Shown in pieces: positions 38,743 through 48,102 of a stretch of DNA of 64,000 nt. Position 1 is the stretch's first letter. Each line of letters opens with the position of its first letter. The stretch spans positions 64,001 to 128,000 of the IMG/VR virus record IMGVR_UViG_3300018432_000001; one strand, written 5' to 3'. This DNA is from a virus. A program made the position numbers and the translations under genes. Under the pieces are notes generated by a model, which was not told where the DNA came from, did no database searches, and was given only the letters and a program-made list of their open reading frames with translations.

Positions 38743-39282
38743 TCACTTTACGCGTGGCATCCGCTCGCGGCGCACGACCGCGTGCTGGGGCCACTCATCG
38801 CCCGAGTCGTCCCATGTCCACAGAATCCCCTGGTAGTCGTTGCCGGTGAACCAGTTCCGGGCCAGCGCCCACAGGCTCGTGGTGGGCACGTGCTTGAAGT
38901 CGTCGCGCTCGTCGGCGCGGACGAGTCCGTGGCGGATGATCGTGGGCCGTTCCAGGCCGTGGGGGTTCTTGGCGAACTTGGGGCCGATGAGTTCGTAGTA
39001 GGCGGCGCGGTCGGGTTGGAAGCCTTCACCCATGGTGGGGAGGTCGTCGGGGCTGCCCATGGCGGCTCGCAGGGTTTTCGGGGCGTCGTCGAGTGGTTTC
39101 CAGACGGCTTTGGCGTCGGCGCTGGCGGGTCCGAACTCCCAGCCGCGCTCGGGGGAGAAGCGGAGGGTGCGGCCGAGGTACAGCGGGCTCGGGGTCCCGT
39201 GTCGGCCGATCCAGTCGACGGTGACATCGGAGGTGTAGGTGCCCTCGGTGTCAGTGGCGAAAACGTCAGGCGCAGCAATCAT
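38743..39282 (-). CDS. hypothetical protein, possibly DUF5565/RNA-ligase-like
   Basis: YELIGPK...NP..L....I.RHG and .GI.W recall that family; KxDG lysine not seen. Confidence 0.4.
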   Translation of the reverse strand: MIAAPDVFATDTEGTYTSDVTVDWIGRHGTPSPLYLGRTLRFSPERGWEFGPASADAKAVWKPLDDAPKTLRAAMGSPDDLPTMGEGFQPDRAAYYELIGPKFAKNPHGLERPTIIRHGLVRADERDDFKHVPTTSLWALARNWFTGNDYQGILWTWDDSGDEWPQHAVVRRERMPRVK

Positions 39283-39335
39283 GCCCTCACTATATCGCTT
39301 TGTCGCGTTTTGTCAGTGACGGTGCGGCACCGAAC

Positions 39336-39782
39336 CTATTGGGGAGGCAGCCCCGCACCGTCTCTTTCACCGTATAGGGGTTCGCCGAGGAGGTGCACAT
39401 CGTGTGCGATGATCTCGTTTATCTGCTCGGCCATCGATGCATGGGCACCTTCCGAGATCCATTCGAGCGTGGAGCACAGATCGAACCAGGTGGTGAGGAG
39501 CAGACTGGTCGGCGGCGGCAGCGTGTCCGGATCAGTGCCGCGTATGCCCCTGAAGGCAAATGCGTTCATGGCGATGTAACCGGTTTCCAGGTGCGTGAGG
39601 GTCAGGCGGCTGAATCCGTCGCGGGGGCGCCAGTCATAGGACAGCTCATCATTCTCAACATGCTTGCGGTGCATGTAAGGAGGATGATGGATGTGGATGT
39701 CGTTGATGTACCAGTTGAAGAACCCGATGGTCTTGGAGCGGATCTCGTCGGGAAGTCGCAAGCGCTTGGCGGGGCTGTCCAT
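39336..39782 (-). CDS. hypothetical protein (148 aa)
   Basis: TATGAT hexamer 6 nt before the ATG (MDSPAKRL). Confidence 0.55.
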   Translation of the reverse strand: MDSPAKRLRLPDEIRSKTIGFFNWYINDIHIHHPPYMHRKHVENDELSYDWRPRDGFSRLTLTHLETGYIAMNAFAFRGIRGTDPDTLPPPTSLLLTTWFDLCSTLEWISEGAHASMAEQINEIIAHDVHLLGEPLYGERDGAGLPPQ

Positions 39783-39820
39783 ACGCGCATCATATGAGTG
39801 GTTTGCGTCTGATCGTCGGA

Positions 39821-40186
39821 TTACTCGCCGGTGATCGCGGCTTGCCGAGCGGCGCTGATCTGGTCGCGCATACCCGTAAGTCGGTCGATTTCGGCGTCGA
39901 GGTCGTCCATGAGCTCGTCGAGGACGGCTGAACGGTAGGTCAGGAGCCATACGGCGACGTCACCGATGACGTAGTAGCGCGTGGGACCGGGACCGGCGAT
40001 GACCTCTTTGACCGGCCTGGGGAAGTGGGGATGGGTGCGCGCCCACACGTTGACGGTGCTGGTGTCGCGGCGCGCCATCTCGGCGATCTCGGGGACAGAG
40101 ACGAGTTCAGCCTCACGCCCCCGGTAGGTCTCGTCGAGCCAGCGCGTTTCGAAGCTCTTGGCGGGGCGGGGGCGGGGGCGGGGCAT
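39821..40186 (-). CDS. excisionase/AlpA-like HTH DNA-binding protein
   Basis: LVSVPEIAEMARRDTSTVNVW.....FPRP......Y....V..W. Confidence 0.7.
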   Translation of the reverse strand: MPRPRPRPAKSFETRWLDETYRGREAELVSVPEIAEMARRDTSTVNVWARTHPHFPRPVKEVIAGPGPTRYYVIGDVAVWLLTYRSAVLDELMDDLDAEIDRLTGMRDQISAARQAAITGE

Positions 40187-40198
40187 GGTGCTCCTTCG

Positions 40199-41269
40199 TC
40201 ATTCGATGCGGTAGTGCCCGTCGACGCGGGTCTGCGGGACGTATTTTCCGAGTGATCGTAGTATTTTCGCTGATGCGGGTCCGTCGTCTTTGTCGTACCC
40301 CGGCCGGTACTTCAACTGGTGGACGGCGCCGTTCGCGTCGTAGGGTCCCTCTTCGAGCCCGAGGTGGTTGATCACCTCCATGACGTGGGCTTTGCTGCGT
40401 TTCGGTTTGTCGACGTTCGCGCGCAGGCGAAGGAACTCCATGAGGTCGTCTTCGGCGGCGCGCAGCTGCTTACCGAAGTGTGCTCCGGCTTCGACCAGTT
40501 CGGTTGCCGCCTCGTCCCGGAGGGGGTCGGCGTTGTCTTTTCCCAGGCAGCCGGATTTGAATTCGCAGGAGATGCACGGGGAGTAGGGCGCGAACGCGTC
40601 GGAGGTGTGCTTGCCGAACCAGCGCGGTGCGACCTCGTCCCCGGCGAGGGACAGCCCGTGCTCGAAGCGGGCGGTGGCCGCTTGGACTTCCGCGTCGGTC
40701 CAGGCGCGGGTGGTCATCTCCCAGTTGTGCTCGGGGTCTTCGATGTCGATGTAGTAGATCCAGTAGCCGCGCATGGGCGCGCCCGTGTGGTATTCGGCCA
40801 GGAGGCCGCCGACGCGGCACTGGTCGAGGTGGGAGCGTTTCGGTTCGCCGCTCTTGGCGGCTTTCACGATGTACTTCGCGCCGGTTTTGAGTTCGAGAAT
40901 GGCGAAGGAGCCGTCGGTGAAGATGACGACCATGTCGGGATGGGCGACCAGGGGCCCGGCGCTCACTTCGGTGCTGTGGGCTTCGTCGTCGATGAGGACT
41001 TCCTCGACCTCGGGGTCGGCCGCCCACTGCTCGGCTAGCAGCCGCAGGTAGTAGTTGTGGATGGCGGTCCCGATTTGGGCGCGGAGGTTCAGGCGCACGG
41101 TGATTTCGTCGGTTGCCGGGGTGCGCCGGTACCGCAGCTGCACTTGGCGCGGGCATTCGTGCAGGGCCGAGGCGTGGATCTTGCCGTCGTTGAAGTGCTC
41201 GCGGTTGCGGCGCGAGGCGGTGCGCCACGCCTCCGTGGCGTGGCGCACCGCGTGCTCTCGGCTGATCAT
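40199..41269 (-). CDS. Cas4/RecB-like PD-(D/E)XK exonuclease
   Basis: HAS.L..CPRQ, GTAIH, HPD, ELKT, Q, terminal C..C....C Fe-S-like cluster. Confidence 0.82.
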   Translation of the reverse strand: MISREHAVRHATEAWRTASRRNREHFNDGKIHASALHECPRQVQLRYRRTPATDEITVRLNLRAQIGTAIHNYYLRLLAEQWAADPEVEEVLIDDEAHSTEVSAGPLVAHPDMVVIFTDGSFAILELKTGAKYIVKAAKSGEPKRSHLDQCRVGGLLAEYHTGAPMRGYWIYYIDIEDPEHNWEMTTRAWTDAEVQAATARFEHGLSLAGDEVAPRWFGKHTSDAFAPYSPCISCEFKSGCLGKDNADPLRDEAATELVEAGAHFGKQLRAAEDDLMEFLRLRANVDKPKRSKAHVMEVINHLGLEEGPYDANGAVHQLKYRPGYDKDDGPASAKILRSLGKYVPQTRVDGHYRIE

Positions 41270-42540
41270 TCAGGGTCCTGGTGTGGTTGGCCGCTGCCGG
41301 AGACACTGTCCGTGGCGTTGAGCTCTTCCTTGCGGTTGTTGACGTACCCGATGACGTCGTCGAGACGCTCGTGGAGGGCGGCGTGAGCCTCGAACTTCTC
41401 CAGTTCGTCGTGTTCGGCGTCGAGGATCTTTTCGGCCGCGTCCATCCATTCTTCGACACGGGAATTGATGGTGAGGGAGCCCCACGCGTACGGCACCTCA
41501 TCCGCCGCAGCGGCCGGTGCGGGGGCGGGGGTACCGGTGGCGAGGGCGTTGATGGCGGTCTTTACCGTGTCCTTGACTTCTTCGGGCCACCAGGCGCCGT
41601 CGCGGACCCACAGCCACGCTTCGCGCAGCACGTGCTGGTCGGCGGTCTGCAGCTGCTCCAGGTAGGCGCTGGTTTCGGCTTCGAGGGTGTTGTCGATGCC
41701 GTCCAGCTCGGTGAGCATGAGGTCGGCCAGTTCGGGGCCTGGGTCGATAAACACGGTACCGGTCGGCATCGGGTATTTGAAGTCGACCATGCCGTCGTCC
41801 TTGGGGCGCAGTTTCACCAGCGCGGTCTTTTCGACGATGGCGCGGTGGACGTCGGTAGCGCCCTGTTTCACGTTCGCCTTGTGCTCGATGTCGGCCTGGG
41901 CGAGGTGGCGGTCCATGCGGAAGATGAAGTCGGCTTCGTGGGTGATGCCTTTGCGGGCGTCCACCTTGACACCGATCTGCTCCTGCTGCTTGTTGAAGGA
42001 GTTGGCCTGTTCGAGGCAGCAGATGACATGCGCGTGCTGGCGCAGTCGCAGGAGATTCATGAACAGGGCCTTCTCCTCGGCCTTGACCGGGCCCCAGCCG
42101 CGCAGCTTGGCTTTGCCGTCGGTGGTGGTGCCGCCGTACTCCTCGGCGCGGTCCTTGAAACCGTGCGGGTCGTTCCAGAAGCGGGTCATGCCGTCGATGA
42201 TGACCACGATCGGAACCGTGGCCACGGCGGCGGCGTCGGCCAGCTCCCCGACGATCTTGGTGAGCCGGTCAGGGTTGGCAGTGGGGAACTTGATCGGCCG
42301 CCAGGTGAAGCCGGTGCCGTCGGGGCGGCGGGCGTGGTGGCGCATGCGGTCGCCGTCGGCTTCGATGGCGACGATGTGGCCCCCGTGAGGGGCGGTCAGG
42401 CGGTGGGCAATGCGCAGGGCGAGCTGCCCTTTGCCGGTGCCGCCTTCGCCGTAGATGAGAGCGTAGATGTTCAGGCGGGGGCACTGCTGGATCGGCAGTG
42501 CGGTCAAGTCCATGGGGACTTCACGGGTGATGGTGGCCAC
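41266..42540 (-). CDS. AAA ATPase, Sak4-like recombinase
   Basis: IYGEGGTGK, VVIIDG.T.FW, HVI, E.D, EKT; between ssb and an exonuclease. Confidence 0.75.
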   Translation of the reverse strand: MATITREVPMDLTALPIQQCPRLNIYALIYGEGGTGKGQLALRIAHRLTAPHGGHIVAIEADGDRMRHHARRPDGTGFTWRPIKFPTANPDRLTKIVGELADAAAVATVPIVVIIDGMTRFWNDPHGFKDRAEEYGGTTTDGKAKLRGWGPVKAEEKALFMNLLRLRQHAHVICCLEQANSFNKQQEQIGVKVDARKGITHEADFIFRMDRHLAQADIEHKANVKQGATDVHRAIVEKTALVKLRPKDDGMVDFKYPMPTGTVFIDPGPELADLMLTELDGIDNTLEAETSAYLEQLQTADQHVLREAWLWVRDGAWWPEEVKDTVKTAINALATGTPAPAPAAAADEVPYAWGSLTINSRVEEWMDAAEKILDAEHDELEKFEAHAALHERLDDVIGYVNNRKEELNATDSVSGSGQPHQDPE

Positions 42541-42551
42541 GGGGGCTCCTT

Positions 42552-42812
42552 TCAGAAGGTGAGCGGTGCGACGGTGACGGTGGTGCCATCGGCGCAGTGA
42601 CTGACGAGAGGCTGCCCGCCGATCAGGCGCGCGAGGGCGTTCTCGTCGTTCACGTCATCGGGGTCGGCCGGGCCGTGAAGCGCGAGCTTCCAGCGGGCTT
42701 CGCTCAAGGCTCGGTCGGGTTCGACCTGGCGGCCGTAGTAGGTGCGTTCGCCGCTGACGATGATGACCTCGAAGGAGCGCCAGCGGGTGGTGCGGTGGTG
42801 GTAGGCGTCCAT
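42552..42812 (-). CDS. hypothetical protein (86 aa)
   Basis: ATG 2 nt after the ssb stop. Confidence 0.55.
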   Translation of the reverse strand: MDAYHHRTTRWRSFEVIIVSGERTYYGRQVEPDRALSEARWKLALHGPADPDDVNDENALARLIGGQPLVSHCADGTTVTVAPLTF

Positions 42813-42814
42813 GG

Positions 42815-43264
42815 CTAGAACGGTGCGCCGAAGTTGTCGCCCGCGCCGGGGACGGGCGGTGGTGCTGGAACGTAGGTGGATCGGGTGTCGCCGCCCCCGG
42901 TGCGGGGGGTGTCGGTGATGGTCGCGGTGGCGTAGCGCAGGGCCGGGCCGGTTTCGTCGATGTCGACTTTCCAGCGGCGGATGGTCTGGCCGTCTCGTTC
43001 GTAGGAGTCGTCGACCAGTCGGCCGCGCACCCACACGTGCATGCCCTTGGTAAAGGTGTGCGCGATGTTCTCGGCGTAGGCGCGCCAGGCGGCGCAGTCG
43101 AAGAAGAGGGTGGTGCCGTCCTCCCAGGCGTCGGTGTGCTGGTTTTTCAGCCGTGGGGTGACGGCGACGGAGAAGTTGACGACGGGAATGCCGGAGGGGA
43201 TGTGGGCCAGTTCAGGGTCGCGGACGACGCGTCCGACGAATTCGACGATGGGTTCGCCAGCCAT
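42815..43264 (-). CDS. ssb: single-stranded DNA-binding protein
   Basis: VG....DPEL...PSG..V.NF.VA.TPR, W.DG..LF..C.AWR..AEN, GPALRYATA, C-terminal APF. Confidence 0.95.
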   Translation of the reverse strand: MAGEPIVEFVGRVVRDPELAHIPSGIPVVNFSVAVTPRLKNQHTDAWEDGTTLFFDCAAWRAYAENIAHTFTKGMHVWVRGRLVDDSYERDGQTIRRWKVDIDETGPALRYATATITDTPRTGGGDTRSTYVPAPPPVPGAGDNFGAPF

Positions 43265-43371
43265 GTGACTTCCTTGGGTAGTTTCGGACATGCATGATGC
43301 GCATGTCCGATGAGACTACCTTTGGGAGCTGACATCGGGTTTGTCCGAGTTTTGCTCGGCGTGGTGTGCGG

Positions 43372-43665
43372 TTACGGCAGTAGCGCAGCGACGAACAGCT
43401 TTCGGCATGCCGCCAGCGGTCCCTCCTCGACGGTGTCAACGGGATGACGCAGGTCGACAGTGCGGAAGACGCTGGCGTTGGTGGGGATGAGGTACCCCTG
43501 CACGCGGGTGCCGATGGTGTGCAGCGGCGAGGGTACTGCCGAGGCGTAAGCGTCCGATACGGCGATGTGCACGGCGATGACATAACCGGGCACCACCTCG
43601 CGAGAGATGACGGCAACGAAAGCTCCTGGCCGGTCAGCGCGCTCGGCAACGTCCCCGGGACTCAT
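43372..43665 (-). CDS. putative PemK/MazF/CcdB-fold toxin (97 aa)
   Basis: M.PGDV...V.VIS......V..V.I pattern with terminal helix; ATGA-coupled to an RHH gene. Confidence 0.55.
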   Translation of the reverse strand: MSPGDVAERADRPGAFVAVISREVVPGYVIAVHIAVSDAYASAVPSPLHTIGTRVQGYLIPTNASVFRTVDLRHPVDTVEEGPLAACRKLFVAALLP

Positions 43666-43874
43666 GCGGCGTCCTGTCCACGCAAGGCCGCATCGGATCG
43701 CCACTGCGGACCGTCACCTGTGGCTTCACTGATGTCAGCCAGTCGCGCCGCCTCCACGCGGAGCCGAGCCAGATCATGCGTGAGGACGGCTTCGCTGATG
43801 TATTTGGAGGCGTTCCCCGAGGCCATGGCGATAGCCCACACGTCATCGTCAATACTGATCGTACGTCGTTTCAT
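43662..43874 (-). CDS. putative RHH antitoxin (70 aa)
   Basis: MKRRTISIDDDV......GNASKYISEAV. Confidence 0.7.
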   Translation of the reverse strand: MKRRTISIDDDVWAIAMASGNASKYISEAVLTHDLARLRVEAARLADISEATGDGPQWRSDAALRGQDAA

Positions 43875-43880
43875 ATCATG

Positions 43881-43903
43881 ATTGTACATCAAGTCTGATG
43901 TAC
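43881..43903 (-). promoter_or_regulatory. TA promoter -10 with overlapping operator palindrome
   Basis: TACAAT 6 nt upstream of the ATG; inverted repeat GTACATCA-N4-TGATGTAC at 43884-43903. Confidence 0.65.
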
Positions 43904-43930
43904 TCTGCTGTGGGGGTGTTCCCGGGCAGC

Positions 43931-43966
43931 AAAAAGGGGGCTGGGGTGATCCAGTCCCCAGCCCCC
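43931..43966 (-). terminator. intrinsic terminator
   Basis: 11-bp GC stem followed by T5 on the minus strand. Confidence 0.8.
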
Positions 43967-43976
43967 AACCCCAGAG

Positions 43977-44882
43977 TTAAGTTGATGCGATCTCGACGTT
44001 CGTCCAGATCGGAGCCGGGTTGGGCATGATGCCGTCCTCCGGCTTGAGCTCGTATCCCTTGTGCAGGTGGTAGTACGCGGCGAAGCCTTTCGCGGCCACA
44101 TCGTCGACCGCTTCGAAGCACGGAACCACGCCGTTATCCCACCCGAACGCGGGCATCAGCCACCGGTAAGAGAGGTAGCCCACCTCCCGCCAGTGCAGAT
44201 CCACGCACCCCATGAAGGAATGGGGAACGGGCCCGGGGGCGACGGCGACGTCCAGAAGCACCTCAGTGGCCATGCCGGTTGCTTCGCCTGCGCTGACCCG
44301 GATGACTAGGTCCCCGTGCGGGAAGTAGGCCACAGTGCACCCGGCCGCGAGGGCAGTGCGCCCCCGGCGCTGGCGTCTGCGCCGCAGTTCAATGATGCCT
44401 TGGTCGAGTACACCGGGGCCTTTGCTGCGGTGTCGGCCTTGCGTAGAGTGTGGGGACATCAGAACCTGAGCCTTTCGCGTAGAGGTGGTTCTGGTGGGCC
44501 GCTGCCGGATGTCGCGCCCGGCGGCGGCCATGCAATGTGATTGTCGCTCATGGCAAAACGGTAACGGTCCCGAGTGGATCACCCAGTCAGGTAGGTCACC
44601 TGATTCCAGCCAGCGGTTCATCTCTCCTTCGACTTCGCGCACGTCGATGCCGGTGTGCATCCAGAAGTTGAAGTTGGCGATGTGGAACTTCGCGAGGAAG
44701 TGGCCTTCGCCGAAGCTGATGGGGGCGTGCGTGCCGTCGCATTCACAGCAGTGCGGCCAATGCAGGCCGTAGACCCACATCGTCTGCAGGCCGCTGTGCG
44801 ACCGGACGGTGGTCATGGCCTCGAATTGGCCGCCACCGATGGTGAACGTGCCGCCGGGTCCCCGGTGTAGTTCATCGAACAT
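43977..44882 (-). CDS. hypothetical protein (301 aa; may be two fused modules)
   Basis: GGAGG RBS before MFDELHRG; basic linker mid-protein. Confidence 0.55.
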   Translation of the reverse strand: MFDELHRGPGGTFTIGGGQFEAMTTVRSHSGLQTMWVYGLHWPHCCECDGTHAPISFGEGHFLAKFHIANFNFWMHTGIDVREVEGEMNRWLESGDLPDWVIHSGPLPFCHERQSHCMAAAGRDIRQRPTRTTSTRKAQVLMSPHSTQGRHRSKGPGVLDQGIIELRRRRQRRGRTALAAGCTVAYFPHGDLVIRVSAGEATGMATEVLLDVAVAPGPVPHSFMGCVDLHWREVGYLSYRWLMPAFGWDNGVVPCFEAVDDVAAKGFAAYYHLHKGYELKPEDGIMPNPAPIWTNVEIAST

Positions 44883-44979
44883 GCATCCTCCGACTCGGTG
44901 CCGTAAGCGTCTGGGCACCGACGGTCATCGTACGACAGGGGCAAGCAGATGTGTACCTCGTTCACCAATGCGATCTACA

Positions 44980-45708
44980 TCAGCGCGGGCCCAGGGGGGA
45001 GAGGTCGATGATGCGCATCCATACGATGCCGTCGAGCGGTCCTTTGTACTCCTCGTCGAACCAGTCCAGGAACGCACCGCCTGCGGCCATGTGGCTGGGG
45101 TCGTCCCCCACATAGACCCCCAGGCCCGGCTCGTGCACCCACTTGCCTTTCACCTGGTAGGTCCGGGAGGGACCGAATGCGTCGACGATCGGCTTCGCCG
45201 TGGGACCGAGGTTCGCGTTGTCGCGCAGCCCATAGGTCTTGACCTGGAACTGCAGGTCGACCTTGACATACTCCAGACCCTGAGGGAGCCGCTTGCGCTC
45301 CCCGAGCGCGATCGCATAAACGTGCTGGCGCCATTGGGACCGCAGCCGGGAGGCGACGTTGCGGTCGAGGCTCTTGTTGGAATTCAGCCACCCGCACGGG
45401 GCAGCGGGGATCTTGATCTGCCACTCACCCGGCCGCAGACTCCCCTCGACCTCACGAGGAGTCCCTCGGGTAACCAGGGCCGCCAGCCGCGTCTTGATCT
45501 TCGCCCACAGCCACCGGCGGTGATTGGGAGCCAGCTTGCGGCACAGCCTCCGGACCGGCACCTCCAGACGCTGGTCGCGGACGATGCCGTAGAACGGCTC
45601 AGCGCGCATCTCGGCATTTAGCTCAGCATCAGACTTCACCGTGAGCGCCCACGTGGCCTCCCAGGCCTCGATCTGAGCAACCAGGTCCAGGAACGCCGCC
45701 CCGTTCAC
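44980..45708 (-). CDS. RusA-like Holliday junction resolvase with N-terminal extension
   Basis: LNSN......R....WR, RD.ANL.PT.K..VD, GDD; GTGA overlap at start. Confidence 0.72.
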   Translation of the reverse strand: MNGAAFLDLVAQIEAWEATWALTVKSDAELNAEMRAEPFYGIVRDQRLEVPVRRLCRKLAPNHRRWLWAKIKTRLAALVTRGTPREVEGSLRPGEWQIKIPAAPCGWLNSNKSLDRNVASRLRSQWRQHVYAIALGERKRLPQGLEYVKVDLQFQVKTYGLRDNANLGPTAKPIVDAFGPSRTYQVKGKWVHEPGLGVYVGDDPSHMAAGGAFLDWFDEEYKGPLDGIVWMRIIDLSPLGPR

Positions 45709-46079
45709 GGGCCCGGGACCGTGAAGCTCAGCTCGGAGACGGCCGAGAACGAGCCGTCGGCCGCGCTGATCTCGGTACGCCGTCCCATGATCGTGCGGGG
45801 GATGTCGCACCGGTACATGAGGCCGCCAGCGAACTTGAACATGAGGTCGCACGCCACGGTGACGTAGTAGCGGGGCCAGTCGTCTTCGCGTCGGTCGATG
45901 AAGCCGTGGAAGGACAGCTGTTGTTTCCCCAGACAAGCGCCCATGTCGAGGTCGCCAATCTGATCGGCCAACGTCGCGTACTCCTTGAGCGTGCCCTCGA
46001 AGTCGTCGAAGCCCCGCTGGATATCCTCCCTCGTCGCCTCAGGGAAGGTGTAGCAGTCGTCGATGTAGATGCGCAGCAT
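45705..46079 (-). CDS. hypothetical protein (124 aa)
   Basis: AAGGA RBS; coupled to the next gene. Confidence 0.65.
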   Translation of the reverse strand: MLRIYIDDCYTFPEATREDIQRGFDDFEGTLKEYATLADQIGDLDMGACLGKQQLSFHGFIDRREDDWPRYYVTVACDLMFKFAGGLMYRCDIPRTIMGRRTEISAADGSFSAVSELSFTVPGP

Positions 46080-46095
46080 CGCGTATCGCTTTCCT

Positions 46096-46515
46096 TCAGG
46101 ACGCAGCCGGAGCGGGGTGCTCGGGCGCCGGTGGGGTTACAGCGACCAGCACCTTGAGCGACCGGTGGTTGGTGGCGACGACCTCGTTGTGGTCATCGCG
46201 GAACTCAGTGACCACCTTCATCGTCATCCCACCCAGGTCGGTGCCGTTGAAGAAGGTCATCGGCAGCAGCTGCAGCAGCGCGTGCGCGGAGTCGACACAG
46301 GCAGCGAGGGAGGGGTAGGGGAACGTATCGACCCGCACCCGGAACGTCAGGGCGCACCGGCCCGGGTCGGGCTCCAGCACCAGATCGCGCAGACCCCCGC
46401 GCTGCAGCGCCGGACCGCGCAGGGCCGTGACGTCGTTGACGGTCGCGTAGAACGCTTCAAGCACCCGGCGCCCCTCGGGGACGAACAGGTACGTGTGGTT
46501 GATGTGCAGTTGCAT
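46096..46515 (-). CDS. hypothetical protein (139 aa)
   Basis: GAGAGG RBS before MQLHINH. Confidence 0.6.
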   Translation of the reverse strand: MQLHINHTYLFVPEGRRVLEAFYATVNDVTALRGPALQRGGLRDLVLEPDPGRCALTFRVRVDTFPYPSLAACVDSAHALLQLLPMTFFNGTDLGGMTMKVVTEFRDDHNEVVATNHRSLKVLVAVTPPAPEHPAPAAS

Positions 46516-46790
46516 CGGTGTGCCTCTCAATCAGGGCAGCGTCGATCTCGCGCCGGACGGCACGGGCCTCAACGCGCTTCGTGCGTCGCTTGCGGGTGGA
46601 CCGGCGGCTGTCACTGCCGCCTTCACAGCAGATGCCCGCGCACAGGCGCCACCAGGCGCGGCGTCCGGGCAACGGTGCATGATCGGCCATAGCGTTTATG
46701 ATGCTGCGCCGAGCCCCTGCAGGGCGTTAGGCTGCTGCGCGTATCGGTCATCGGCCGGGCCGCAGCAGCCGAACGGGCTGCCCCGGCCGA

Positions 46791-47258
46791 TCAATCCTGC
46801 AACCACCCCAGCTGACGTGCCGTATTCTCCAGCACCCCCATCAGCTCATCGCCGATGGCGAATCGGTCCTGCTGGATGACCAGGCTCTTAGCCAGGTCAC
46901 CGTCGTCGTGACGCTGGCTGGCGGCGTACCAGTCGGCGAGCATCTCGCACAGATCCAGCAGCGTCATGCCGCGCACGCCGTCCTCGAAGTGTTCGGGGTG
47001 GTGCCGGTTGTGCGCATAGTGGTGTTCCAGGGCCGGGCCCAGTTCCGCGAGGCTGGCCTTGTACTCCTCGCTGCCGTACGTCATGGTGCGCAGCCGTTCG
47101 GTGCAGCGATCGAACGCCGCTTTCTCCGGTTCAGCCAGCTTCGAGGCGTCGTGCGTGTAGGAGCGTTCCAGCAGATCGGCGATCATGGTCCCGAGGTAGC
47201 TTCCTACCTTCTGGCTGTGGGCCAGGGTGTCGGCGGCGCTGTCGTAGTCCTCAGGCAT
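46791..47258 (-). CDS. DUF5662-like HD-domain protein
   Basis: H...V, HDASKL..E, HHY..N.HHPEHF, EM.ADW. Confidence 0.8.
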   Translation of the reverse strand: MPEDYDSAADTLAHSQKVGSYLGTMIADLLERSYTHDASKLAEPEKAAFDRCTERLRTMTYGSEEYKASLAELGPALEHHYAHNRHHPEHFEDGVRGMTLLDLCEMLADWYAASQRHDDGDLAKSLVIQQDRFAIGDELMGVLENTARQLGWLQD

Positions 47259-47457
47259 CCGCTGCCGCCTCCAGCCGGGCGGCGGCTTCTTGGGCTTGTT
47301 GCACCAGTTCGGTGACCGGTGAATAGCGTACGGGCGCCAGGTGCACCACAGCGTTCATCCGGTCGCGCTGCGCGAAGTACTGTTCGGAGGCGTCCAGCGC
47401 GCGGGCGATGGCCCTCCGATCCTGGTCGCTGCCGGAGGGCTGCTCGGGTGTGTTCAC
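47251..47457 (-). CDS. hypothetical protein (68 aa)
   Basis: Overlaps both neighbours in a tight operon. Confidence 0.55.
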   Translation of the reverse strand: MNTPEQPSGSDQDRRAIARALDASEQYFAQRDRMNAVVHLAPVRYSPVTELVQQAQEAAARLEAAADA

Positions 47458-47741
47458 GTTAGGTCCCTTTCCCCGTCGAGGTAGTAACCGGGGAAGTATA
47501 GGACTGATTCGACGGTGCCTGGGTCAGGCTTGGCGAGGAGCGCTCGCACGCTGCCGTCAGTGCCGATGCGATCGGCCACGAACCGGTCGAGGAAGACCTC
47601 CAGGCGGTCGTAGTCGCCGACGACGGCGGTTCCGGAGGCCGCTTCGCGGCCGGGGAGGTCGTTTTCGATCCACTCGAACGGGCTGAGCCGCAGGCCTTCG
47701 GCGGCGGCCGAGGCGCCCAGGTGCGGCGGGAAGATGGCCAT
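47454..47741 (-). CDS. hypothetical protein (95 aa)
   Basis: GAGAGG RBS; operon packing. Confidence 0.6.
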   Translation of the reverse strand: MAIFPPHLGASAAAEGLRLSPFEWIENDLPGREAASGTAVVGDYDRLEVFLDRFVADRIGTDGSVRALLAKPDPGTVESVLYFPGYYLDGERDLT

Positions 47742-47753
47742 GGTGACTGCCTC

Positions 47754-48053
47754 TCAGGACTGCAGCATCTCCTCGCGGAGCTGCTCGACTTCGGCTTCGG
47801 TGTAACCAGTGCAGGCGAGATGCGCGGCAACGCAGCCAGCGTTGCTCCAACCCGAGTCCTTGCGGTCGTCGGGGCTGATGCCGATCGGGACAAGCACGAT
47901 GCGTCCGTCAACGGCCAGCGGTTCATCGCAGACCGGGCAGTAGTGCTCGGCGAGCGGATGCATCTTCCCGGTGTCGGGATCAGGGTCAGCGATGTTGAAC
48001 AGTCGCGGTGCGATGTGGGGCCTGAAAGCGGCTGGGATGCGGACGAACAGCAT
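47754..48053 (-). CDS. hypothetical Zn-binding protein (99 aa)
   Basis: GGAGG RBS; CPVC...H..C. Confidence 0.6.
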   Translation of the reverse strand: MLFVRIPAAFRPHIAPRLFNIADPDPDTGKMHPLAEHYCPVCDEPLAVDGRIVLVPIGISPDDRKDSGWSNAGCVAAHLACTGYTEAEVEQLREEMLQS

Positions 48054-48102
48054 GTGCCTCCGTTCGGGCCGGGCCCCCGAGTGGGGGCCCGGCGTCTGGT
48101 TC

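Noticed and set aside
40199-41269. Cas4-like gene as evidence of CRISPR
   Set aside because: No repeat-spacer array or other cas genes; context is the ssb/Sak4 recombination module
43277-43320. Hammerhead-like fragments on the - strand (GGTAGTC...GGAC..GTCC-GAAAC-TACC)
   Set aside because: No CUGANGA core and no stem I; better explained as an inverted pair of the promoter motif
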